A stretch of DNA of 32,000 nucleotides from assembly GCF_000284115.1 (NCBI RefSeq), contig NC_017080.1, forward strand, positions 2,670,001 through 2,702,000, given 5' to 3'. The position numbers and the translations under genes were made by a program. Positions within the stretch are counted from its first letter, which is position 1. The number at the start of each line of letters is the position of its first letter. Positions 25,600-32,000 of the stretch are shown here, one piece after another. The stretch is from Phycisphaera mikurensis NBRC 102666. GTDB lineage: Bacteria > Planctomycetota > Phycisphaerae > Phycisphaerales > Phycisphaeraceae. The notes under the pieces are model-generated. The model made no database searches, was not told the origin of the DNA, and worked only from the letters and a program-made list of their open reading frames with translations.

Positions 25600-25862
25600 G
25601 AGCGGAAAAGGTGACAGCCACCGTTTATCTTCCCGTCGGAGGAGCGGAAAAGGTGACAGCCACCGTTTATCTTCCCGTTGGAGCGGAAAAGGTGACAGCC
25701 ACCGTTTATCTTCCCGTTGGGGACCGCCCCGCCGCCTCTCCAGGAGGAGCGGAAAAGGTGACAGCCACCGTTTATCTTCCCGTCGGAGCGGAAAAGGAGC
25801 GGAAAAGGTGACAGCCACCGTTTATCTTCCCGTCGGGGACCGCCCCGCCGCCTCTCCAGAGG
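25600..25862 (+). repeat. Direct-repeat array: five copies of a 37-nt core (GAGCGGAAAAGGTGACAGCCACCGTTTATCTTCCCGT), one 11-nt partial copy, and two copies of a 26-nt linker
   Basis: The copies lie at 25600-25639, 25642-25680, 25681-25720, 25747-25786 and 25797-25836, and the 37-nt core is 100% identical in all five. The partial AGCGGAAAAGG is at 25787-25797. The linker GGACCGCCCCGCCGCCTCTCCAG(G)AGG follows copy 3 and copy 5, which gives a 66-nt higher-order repeat. Confidence 0.95.
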
Positions 25863-26080
25863 ACCCTCTCGGGAGCGTCGGGGTCCTCCTCGTCGGCGAA
25901 GAACGAGCGTCGGCCATTTCCTTGGTTCATCACGTGGTTCACGCAATCCTCGGCGGCGATCTGGGGGTGGAGCGGGGCGTCGGACCGGGGATCCGGCTCC
26001 GCATCATGAGGGGGCCCCTTCCGGACCCCTTCCGGACCGGGGACGCCCTGCCCCCGCTGCGGCTCACCGGCGCTCGAGGC

Positions 26081-26452
26081 TCAGATCGCGTCGTCGAGGA
26101 ACTGCTCGTGCTGCTGCTGGTTGTTGTGCCGCGCCAGCAGGTGCCTCCACTCCGCCAGCGCCGCCACGGCTTCGTCGTGGTCCAGCCCGGACTCGATGAT
26201 GGGGCAGATGTACCCCGCCCGCTTGCCGTCCCTACGCAAGCCGACGCCAAGCCCGCCGGCCTCGATGACCAGCTCGTCGTAGGGCGCCTCGTGCACGTGG
26301 CCTTGGTGCTCCGGGAAGATGGCGCACCATCGCACCCGCTGCGGGTCGTCCAGCCACCGCACGGTCGCGAGGATGAAGTCCAGGTGCGTGCCGGTGGGCA
26401 TGAACACGGCACCCTGCTCCACCATTTCGTCTGCCAGCTGCTGCGGTGTCAT
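26081..26452 (-). CDS. Hypothetical protein (123 aa), no recognised family
   Basis: ATG 26452 is preceded by GGAGGA at a 7-nt spacing. Composition is balanced and non-repetitive (MTPQQLADEMVEQGAVFMPTGTHLDFILATVRWLDDPQRVRW...). This contrasts with the Arg/Ala/Gly-rich overlapping artefact ORFs. Confidence 0.55.
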   Translation of the reverse strand: MTPQQLADEMVEQGAVFMPTGTHLDFILATVRWLDDPQRVRWCAIFPEHQGHVHEAPYDELVIEAGGLGVGLRRDGKRAGYICPIIESGLDHDEAVAALAEWRHLLARHNNQQQHEQFLDDAI

Positions 26453-26761
26453 CGCCTCGTCCTCCGTGCCGGTGCGGCCTCCGCCTCAGGTGCGACCGCC
26501 TCCGGGATGCGGGGTCGGGCAGCTGCATGGAGGCGTGGCGGGCACCGTCGGCACCTGCGCTGCTGAGCCGCCTCGGCCACGGGGAGGGCAGGCTAGCTCG
26601 TCAGACGCAGAGCCTGATGATCGTGCCTGACCACAGCCGCGTGGGCGCGCCACGCGAAACGCCACGCTGCGCCGGGCGACTCAGGGGTACGCCCTGCAAC
26701 CCGAGACAACCCGACAGCTCACCTCGAGGGCAGCCGCACATGATGCAACCCTCTCGCCAGC

Positions 26762-26798
26762 ACCAACAAAACCGCCCCAGCGGGCGGCCGGGGCGGTT
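26762..26798 (-). terminator. Intrinsic terminator after tRNA-Lys
   Basis: The minus strand reads AACCGCCCC-(11-nt loop)-GGGGCGGTT followed by TTGTTGG. It starts about 10 nt after the tRNA 3' end. Confidence 0.55.
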
Positions 26799-26807
26799 GG
26801 GTGGACG

Positions 26808-26881
26808 TGCCCCCTCTAGGACTCGAACCTAGGACCCGCTGATTAAGAGTCAGCTGCTCTAACCAACTGAGCTAAGGAGGC
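26808..26881 (-). tRNA. tRNA-Lys (anticodon CTT), 74 nt, CCA not encoded
   Basis: I folded the reverse complement by hand: GCCTCCT-TA-GCTC-AGTTGGTTA-GAGC-A-GCTGA-CTCTTAA-TCAGC-GGGTC-CTAGG-TTCGAGT-CCTAG-AGGGGGC-A. All four stems pair. Confidence 0.9.
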
Positions 26882-26918
26882 GTGGTTAAGGGATGTTGCG
26901 GCGGCCGGAGCCGCCGAG

Positions 26919-26992
26919 TGGGCGATACAGGGCTCGAACCTGTGACCTCACGCGTGTGAAGCGTGCGCTCTAGCCAACTGAGCTAATCGCCC
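26919..26992 (-). tRNA. tRNA-Val (anticodon CAC), 74 nt, CCA not encoded
   Basis: Hand fold of the reverse complement: GGGCGAT-TA-GCTC-AGTTGGCTA-GAGC-G-CACGC-TTCACAC-GCGTG-AGGTC-ACAGG-TTCGAGC-CCTGT-ATCGCCC-A. Confidence 0.9.
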
Positions 26993-27038
26993 GCGGTGGC
27001 CCGCCGGGCGGGAGAGCGTAGCGGACGCGCCCGCCGCG

Positions 27039-27353
27039 TCAAGCGGGATGCCGCGTCGCCGCCGCGGGCTGCTCCTCGGTCGCGGGGGCCGAGGAGGGCT
27101 CCTTCTCGAGCGATGGGATGGGCCGCTGGTTGTCGACGGTCACGCTCGTGTGGCCGCCGCTGACGGCTTTCTGATCGGCCGAGAGCTCGTCCTCGATGCC
27201 GGAGAGCCCCTTCTTGAACTCGACGATGCCCTTCCCAAGAGACTTGCCGACCTCAGGAAGCCGCCGCCCGAAGATGAGCAGGCCGACGATGCCGATGACG
27301 ATCATCTCCGGCGTGCCGATGGGGCCGAGGAGGGCGAGGGGGGTGGGAAGCAT
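27039..27353 (-). CDS. tatA: Twin-arginine translocase subunit TatA/E (104 aa from the internal ATG 27353)
   Basis: MLPTPLALLGPIGTPEMIVIGIVGLLIFGRRLPEVGKSLGKGIVEFKKG is the canonical TatA TM-hinge-amphipathic helix. The 37 extra N-terminal codons of the track ORF are not TatA-like. Confidence 0.85.
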   Translation of the reverse strand: MLPTPLALLGPIGTPEMIVIGIVGLLIFGRRLPEVGKSLGKGIVEFKKGLSGIEDELSADQKAVSGGHTSVTVDNQRPIPSLEKEPSSAPATEEQPAAATRHPA

Positions 27354-27483
27354 GTCGGGAGGATAGGAGCACGGGTCGCGCCGCGACCGGCAAGCGTAGA
27401 TGCGGAGAAGTCGAGAAGCCAGGAAGTCAGCAGAGCGCGCACGCGGGAACACGCCTTCATCCAACTCCCTCCCCCCTGCCGGA

Positions 27484-27587
27484 CTTCTCCGCTTCTCCGC
27501 TTCTCCGCTTCTTCGCTTCCCCGCTTCTCCGCTTCTCCGCTTCTCCGCTTCTCCGCTTCTCCGCTTCCCCGCTTCCCCGCTTCCCCG
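27484..27587. repeat. Octanucleotide microsatellite, 13 units of CTTC(T/C)CCG (minus strand CGG(A/G)GAAG), between the fabF stop and the tatA start
   Basis: Read directly. Units 1-3 and 6-10 are CTTCTCCG, unit 4 is CTTCTTCG, and units 5 and 11-13 are CTTCCCCG. Confidence 0.95.
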
Positions 27588-27609
27588 CCTGGCCGGCGGA
27601 GCCGACGCC

Positions 27610-28857
27610 TCACACCTTCCCGAACACCAGCGTCACGTTGTGGCCGCCGAAGCCGAAGCTGTTCGACAGCGCGTACTTGAGGTCGGCGTCGCGGCCGGAA
27701 CCAGGCACGTAGTCGAGGTCGCAGCCGGGGCTGGGCCGGTCGAGGTTGATGGTCGGGCAGATCTTCCCGGTCTGCAGCGACTTGGCGACGATCACCGCCT
27801 CGATGCCGCCGGCGGCGCCCAGCGAGTGGCCGGTCATGCTCTTCGTGGCGGACACCGGCGTTTTCGTGCTCTCGCCGAGCACCGCCTTGATCGCGTTGGT
27901 CTCCGCGAGGTCGCCCAGCGGGGTGCTGGTCGCGTGCGGGTTGACGTAGTCGATGTCCTCGGGATCCAGCGCCGCATCCCGCAGCGCCCGCTCCATCGCG
28001 TGGGCGACGGCGTGGCCGTCCTCCGGCGGCGCGGTGATGTGCGTGCCGTCGGCGGTCTGCCCGAAGCCCATGAGCTCGCAGTAGATCTTCGCGCCGCGGG
28101 CACGCGCGTGCTCGTACTCCTCGAGCACCACCAGGCCGGCCCCCTCGGCGAGCACGAAGCCGTCCCGGTCGACGTCGAAGGGCCGCGAGGCCGCCTGCGG
28201 GTCGTCGTTGCGGCGCGACAACGCCTTGAGCGCCATGAAGCACGAGGTGCCCAGCGGCGTCAACGCGGCCTCGGCGCCGCCGGCGATCATCACGTCGGCC
28301 TGGTCGAAGCGGATGGCGTCGCGGGCGGCCCCGATGGAGTGGGCCCCGGAGGCGCAGGCGGTGGAGATGGCGGAGTTGGGGCCCTTGATGCCGTAGTGGA
28401 TCGAGAGGTGCCCCGCCGCGGCGTTGCACATCAGCTTGGGCACCATGAAGGGGCTCACGCGGGAGGGCCCCTTCTTGAGCAGCTTCTCGTGGCCATCGGC
28501 GAACTCCTCGATGCCGCCGACGCCCGAGCCGACGATGGCGCCGCAGCGCCAGGGATCTTCCTTCGCGAGATCGATGCCGGAATCCAACACCGCTTCGACG
28601 CCGGCGTTCAGGGCGAACTGCGCAAAGCGGTCCATCTTCTTGGCGTAGCGGGAGCGCTCGACGCCCTCGATGACCGGCGGGCCGTCCCAGTCCTGCACCT
28701 GGCCGCCGAACTTCGTGTTGAAGTCGGTGGTGTCGAACTTGGTGATGGGGCCGATGCCCGAGGTCCCGGCCACCATCTTCTCGAAGACCTCGTCCACGCC
28801 GAGGCCCAGAGAAGTGACCCAACCGAGTCCGGTGACGACGACGCGACGCTTGTCCAT
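27610..28857 (-). CDS. fabF: 3-oxoacyl-ACP synthase II
   Basis: The protein is 415 aa. It shows MDKRRVVVTGLGWVTSLG, the active-site region ISTACASGAHSIG, and HATSTPLGD...GHSLGAAG, which together give the Cys-His-His triad contexts. Confidence 0.95.
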   Translation of the reverse strand: MDKRRVVVTGLGWVTSLGLGVDEVFEKMVAGTSGIGPITKFDTTDFNTKFGGQVQDWDGPPVIEGVERSRYAKKMDRFAQFALNAGVEAVLDSGIDLAKEDPWRCGAIVGSGVGGIEEFADGHEKLLKKGPSRVSPFMVPKLMCNAAAGHLSIHYGIKGPNSAISTACASGAHSIGAARDAIRFDQADVMIAGGAEAALTPLGTSCFMALKALSRRNDDPQAASRPFDVDRDGFVLAEGAGLVVLEEYEHARARGAKIYCELMGFGQTADGTHITAPPEDGHAVAHAMERALRDAALDPEDIDYVNPHATSTPLGDLAETNAIKAVLGESTKTPVSATKSMTGHSLGAAGGIEAVIVAKSLQTGKICPTINLDRPSPGCDLDYVPGSGRDADLKYALSNSFGFGGHNVTLVFGKV

Positions 28858-29016
28858 GGAGATGGCCTCGACGGCCGCTTGGGGTGCAGGAGTTGGGGCC
28901 AGGGAGCGCCCCGATGAAAAACGGCGGGCGGCCCGTTGGGGCGACCCGCCGAGGCAGTCTGGAGGAAGCCCGCGGCTCCCGGAGCGACGACGCCGGGGAG
29001 CTGCGCGGTTCCCGGG

Positions 29017-29262
29017 TCAGGCGTCCGAGTTCTTCTTGATGAACTCGATCGCCTGGCCGACGGTCTGGATCTTCTCGGCCTCTTCGTCGGGGATCGACGT
29101 CTCAAACTCGTCCTCGAACTCCATGACCAGCTCCACCGTGTCGAGCGAGTCGGCGTTGAGGTCGTTCACGAAGTTGGTCGAGTCGTTGATCTCCGACTTC
29201 TCGACGCCCATCTGTTCGGCAACGATCTCGTAGACCTTTTCGCGGATGGCGGCTTCTTCCAT
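29017..29262 (-). CDS. acpP: Acyl carrier protein
   Basis: The protein is 81 aa and carries [20 protein letters not shown], containing the phosphopantetheine-attachment DSL motif. AAGGAA precedes the ATG. Confidence 0.95.
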   Translation of the reverse strand: MEEAAIREKVYEIVAEQMGVEKSEINDSTNFVNDLNADSLDTVELVMEFEDEFETSIPDEEAEKIQTVGQAIEFIKKNSDA

Positions 29263-29568
29263 GGGTTCGGATTCCTTGTCTGGGTTCTGGGGGAGTCCGC
29301 CGGGGTTCCGGCGTGATTCGTGAACGGGCGACTATATCGGGGGGCCGGCGGCGTGCCGGAGGAGCGGCGGCGTGTGCGGCACCGGCCGGTGGGCTGCCCG
29401 GCAGCCCCGCGGGAGGTCCCGCGGGAGGGCCTCCGGACCGCCGCGTCTCCGCCCGGAGCACGCCCCGCGACCGGCTCGAGCCGGAACGAAAGCCAGCCAT
29501 GGAAGCGCGCAACGCTCGACATCCGGCGAGCCCGCGGAGGCGACGCGCCGCAGCGCGGGGCTCGGCGA

Positions 29569-30318
29569 TCAGATCATGCCGCCATCAACCACCAGCACCT
29601 GGCCCGTGACGTAGCCCGCCCGCTCGCCGGTGAGGAACTCCACCGCGGCGGCGATCTCCTCGGGCTCGCCCATGCGGGCCAGCGAGGTGGCGGACTTCAC
29701 GCCTTCCTTGATCTTCTCGGGCAGGTTCTCGGTCATGTCGGTCCGGATGAAGCCCGGGGCGACGACGTTCGCGGTGATGCCGCGCTTGCCGACCTCCTTG
29801 GAGAGCGACTTGGTGAAGCCGATGAGGCCGGCCTTGGCGGCGGCGTAGTTGCTCTGGCCGGCATTGCCGGCGACGCCCGAGACGCTGCCGACGTTGACGA
29901 TGCGGCCGTAGCGGTTGGAGAGCATCGCCTTGGCCCCCGCGCGGCAGGCGACGAAGACGCTGCGCAGGTTGGTGGAGACGACGTCGTCCCATTCCGCGTC
30001 GGACATGCGCAGCAGCAGGTTGTCGCGGGTGATGCCGGCGTTGTTGACGAGCACGTCGAGGCGGCCGTGCTCCTCGTTCACGCCCTCGACCAGCGCGGCG
30101 AGGGCTTCGCCGTCGGCGATGTCGCAGGTGCGGGACGAGGCCTGCCCCCCCGCTTCCCGGATCGCCCCGACGACCCCGTCGAGCCTGTCCTGGTTGCGGG
30201 CCACGCAGACGACGTGGTCGCCGCGGGCGGCCAGGGCGTGGGCGATGGCGGCGCCGATGCCGCGGGAGGCGCCGGTGACGAGGGCGATTCTTAAGGTTGG
30301 GGTGGGGGTGGAGGGCAT
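29569..30318 (-). CDS. fabG: 3-oxoacyl-ACP reductase (SDR family)
   Basis: I took the internal ATG 30318 of ORF 29569-31836. Motifs present are ALVTGASRGIG, NNAG, the S...YAAAK catalytic tetrad context, and a C-terminal QVLVVDGGMI. Confidence 0.9.
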   Translation of the reverse strand: MPSTPTPTLRIALVTGASRGIGAAIAHALAARGDHVVCVARNQDRLDGVVGAIREAGGQASSRTCDIADGEALAALVEGVNEEHGRLDVLVNNAGITRDNLLLRMSDAEWDDVVSTNLRSVFVACRAGAKAMLSNRYGRIVNVGSVSGVAGNAGQSNYAAAKAGLIGFTKSLSKEVGKRGITANVVAPGFIRTDMTENLPEKIKEGVKSATSLARMGEPEEIAAAVEFLTGERAGYVTGQVLVVDGGMI

Positions 30319-30449
30319 GGGGCGGCGAGGGTAGAGGCGTCCCGGGCCGTGCGTCCGGAGTCGATGGAGGGAGCGGGGCATCGGCTGGGCCGACGACGCA
30401 GCGCCGGCGTTCGCCAGCGGCCCGCGCCACCTGGTTCGGCTCGCTCGGG

Positions 30450-32000
30450 TCAGCCGCGGCCAGCGGGAACGCTCGGCGCCTCCCGCACGGACAGCTCGTC
30501 GCCGGCATCCACGGGTTCGCGCCGCGGCGCGTCGTCGCTGCGGAGCCAGCGGTCGTGGACGCGGAAGGATTCCTCGGGCTCGGGGAAGTCGAGGCGGAAA
30601 TGGGTGCCGCGGGATTCCTCCCGCCACGCGGCCGCGCGGGCGATGAGGGCGCCCACCTGCAGCATGTTCTGCACCTCCCAGCCGGCGCGGTCGTCGAAGA
30701 TCTTGTCGAGCGTGTAGCGGCTCCAGAAGGCGAACATGTCGCCGACCTCGCGGAGGTGCTCGCCGGTGCGCTCGATGCCGACGTGCCGCCACATCACCGA
30801 CCGCAGGCTCGAACGCACGTCGGCGAGGTCCAGGCCGGTGCGGTCCGAGAGCGGGATGTCGCTGACGATCTTCGTCCGGTGCGCCCCGTGAGCGGAGGCG
30901 GCGTCGGCCGCGGCCTGGCCGACGGTCTCGCCGAGGACCAGGCCCTCCAGCAGCGAGTTGCTCGCGAGCCGGTTGGCCCCGTGCAGGCCCGAGCACGCGG
31001 CCTCGCCGCACGCGAAGAGCCCCGGGGAGCTCGTGGCCCCCGACCCGTCCACCTCGACGCCGCCGATCATGTAGTGCGCGCTGGGGTGGACGGGGATCGG
31101 CTGCCCCGGGTCGATCTCGAACTTCTTGAGCATCGCGGCGATGCCGGGGAACCGCTCGACGAACCGCCCGGTGCCGATGGGCGAGACGTCGAGGTACGCG
31201 TGGGTGTGCCCGGTGCGGGCCATCTGCTGGAGGATGGAGCGGCTGACGACGTCGCGCGGCGCAAGCTCCGCCCGCTCGTCGTAATCGGGCATGAAGCGGT
31301 GCCCGTTGCGGTCGACGAGGTGGGCGCCCTCGCCACGCACGGCCTCGGTGATCAGCGAGCGGGACGCTCCGGCGATGTACAGCGTCGTGGGGTGGAACTG
31401 CACGAAGGCCATGTCGCGGAGCGCCGCCCCGGCTCGCCACGCCATCGCGTGGCCGTCGCCGGTGGCGACGCCGGGGTTCGTGCTCTCGCGGAAGACCTGC
31501 CCGCAGCCGCCGGCGGCGAGCACCGTGGCGCCCGCCCAGATGACCTGCAGCCCGTGCCGGTCGTGGTGGGTGATGGCGCCGAGCACGCGGCCCCCCTCGT
31601 CGGTGAGGAGGTCCAGCACGTAGCAGCCCATGAAAGAGCGCACGCCCTCGGCCTCGGAAACGCGACGCCCCAGCGTGGCGACCAGCGCCCGGCCCGTCGC
31701 GTCGCCGTCGCTGTGGACGATGCGGAAGTGGCTGTGGCCGCCCTCGCGGCCGAGGGCGAGCCGGGCGGGCATCCCCAGGTCGCCCATCCCCGGAGCGTCC
31801 CGGGGCTCGCCGGCGGCATCGAAGGGCATGCCCCAAGCCGCCAGCTCGCGGACCGCCGCGGGTCCGCCCTCGACGATGCGCCGGGCGACCGGCTCGTCGA
31901 CGAGGCCGGCGCCGGCGGTGAGCGTGTCGGCGAGGTGGTGCGCGGTGTCGTCGTCGGGGTCGAGCACCGCGGCGATGCCGCCCTGTGCCCAGGCGGTGGA
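30450..32000 (-). CDS. nadB: L-aspartate oxidase, 5' end beyond the window
   Basis: The sequence STAWAQGGIAAVLDPDDDTAHHLADTLTAGAGL... continues in frame to the window edge. Later motifs are FVQFHPT, RFMPDYDERAELAPRDVVSR, ACSGLHGANRLASNSLLEG and ESRGTHFRLDFPE. Confidence 0.9.
   Translation of the reverse strand, partial: STAWAQGGIAAVLDPDDDTAHHLADTLTAGAGLVDEPVARRIVEGGPAAVRELAAWGMPFDAAGEPRDAPGMGDLGMPARLALGREGGHSHFRIVHSDGDATGRALVATLGRRVSEAEGVRSFMGCYVLDLLTDEGGRVLGAITHHDRHGLQVIWAGATVLAAGGCGQVFRESTNPGVATGDGHAMAWRAGAALRDMAFVQFHPTTLYIAGASRSLITEAVRGEGAHLVDRNGHRFMPDYDERAELAPRDVVSRSILQQMARTGHTHAYLDVSPIGTGRFVERFPGIAAMLKKFEIDPGQPIPVHPSAHYMIGGVEVDGSGATSSPGLFACGEAACSGLHGANRLASNSLLEGLVLGETVGQAAADAASAHGAHRTKIVSDIPLSDRTGLDLADVRSSLRSVMWRHVGIERTGEHLREVGDMFAFWSRYTLDKIFDDRAGWEVQNMLQVGALIARAAAWREESRGTHFRLDFPEPEESFRVHDRWLRSDDAPRREPVDAGDELSVREAPSVPAGRG

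Noticed and set aside
25600-25862. The repeat array considered as a CRISPR locus
   Set aside because: The units are contiguous (0-2 nt apart) rather than separated by unique spacers. The only two 26-nt linkers are near-identical to each other. The unit lacks typical CRISPR repeat features, and no cas genes are in the window.
25011-25946. The full 311-aa ORF read as a repeat protein (GKINGGCHLFRS x5) fused to the lipoprotein
   Set aside because: The lipobox signal peptide would then be internal (residue ~125) and non-functional. The repeat-encoded part is a literal translation of perfect DNA repeats with an Arg-rich lead-in. I call only 25011-25580 as coding, though the array may have disrupted an older 5' end.
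26453-26807. An integrase gene or att-site repeat expected beside tRNA-Lys
   Set aside because: I looked for a tyrosine-recombinase-like ORF and for a second copy of the tRNA-Lys 3' end (…CTCTAGGACTCGAACC…) across 22.6-26.8 kb and saw neither. The island call therefore rests on composition and content only.
27400-28917. 505-aa plus ORF and 506-aa minus ORF (27302-28822) overlapping fabF
   Set aside because: fabF (27610-28857, minus strand) has the canonical KAS II sequence. The others are off-frame or antisense artefacts, and their LLRFSASP repeats merely translate the 8-bp microsatellite.
29263-29568. A promoter call for acpP at CGATATAGTC (minus strand, about 75 nt upstream of the ATG)
   Set aside because: A TATAGT-like hexamer is present, but no convincing -35 element sits at the right spacing. 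Promoter consensus for this lineage is unknown to me, so the evidence is too weak to list as a feature.
29320-31836. The 755-aa minus ORF 29569-31836 treated as one gene, and the plus ORF 29320-30294
   Set aside because: Only the C-terminal 249 codons (from ATG 30318) are FabG. Upstream, that frame overlaps nadB, which lies in a different frame (30450-32000) and has clear flavoprotein motifs. The plus ORF is antisense to fabG.

Overview
This is a high-GC bacterial chromosomal segment. Hand counts of 60-nt windows give about 73% G+C in core genes. Protein styles (HDOD kinase, HTH_17-receiver regulator, many sulfatase/esterase-type genes, TatA form) suggest a Planctomycetota/Phycisphaerae-like genome, but that is inference only. 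Because of the GC content, most long ORFs in the six-frame track are antisense artefacts. I accepted only ORFs with recognisable motifs or coherent composition.

Layout:
- 1-8.6 kb: tail of a metal-efflux accessory gene, a CusA-type RND pump, and an abutting 1579-aa DUF4011/Upf1-like SF1 helicase with a C-terminal Vsr/DUF559-like region.
- 9.0-12.0 kb: an HTH-receiver regulator and an HDOD histidine kinase, likely one operon.
- 12.0-18.6 kb: a sulfatase, a TIM-barrel isomerase-like gene, a pseudo-receiver/GAF protein, a CapD-like dehydratase and a PilZ protein.
- 18.6-19.9 kb: a complete IS630-family element with TA duplication in a CTAG target and two ORFs joined by an A6 -1 slip site.
- 19.9-22.7 kb: hemolysin-III and a sialate O-acetylesterase.
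- 22.7-26.8 kb: a lower-GC accessory islet next to tRNA-Lys/tRNA-Val. It holds an IS4-family element with unusual multi-motif ends and no in-frame stop, orphan small genes, and five 100%-identical 37-nt direct repeats that share a ~20-nt motif with the IS4 ends.
- 27.0-32.0 kb: tatA, a 13-unit octanucleotide microsatellite, fabF-acpP-fabG and a partial nadB.

The most interesting targets are the islet with its repeat/motif family and the Hhe-like helicase-nuclease.
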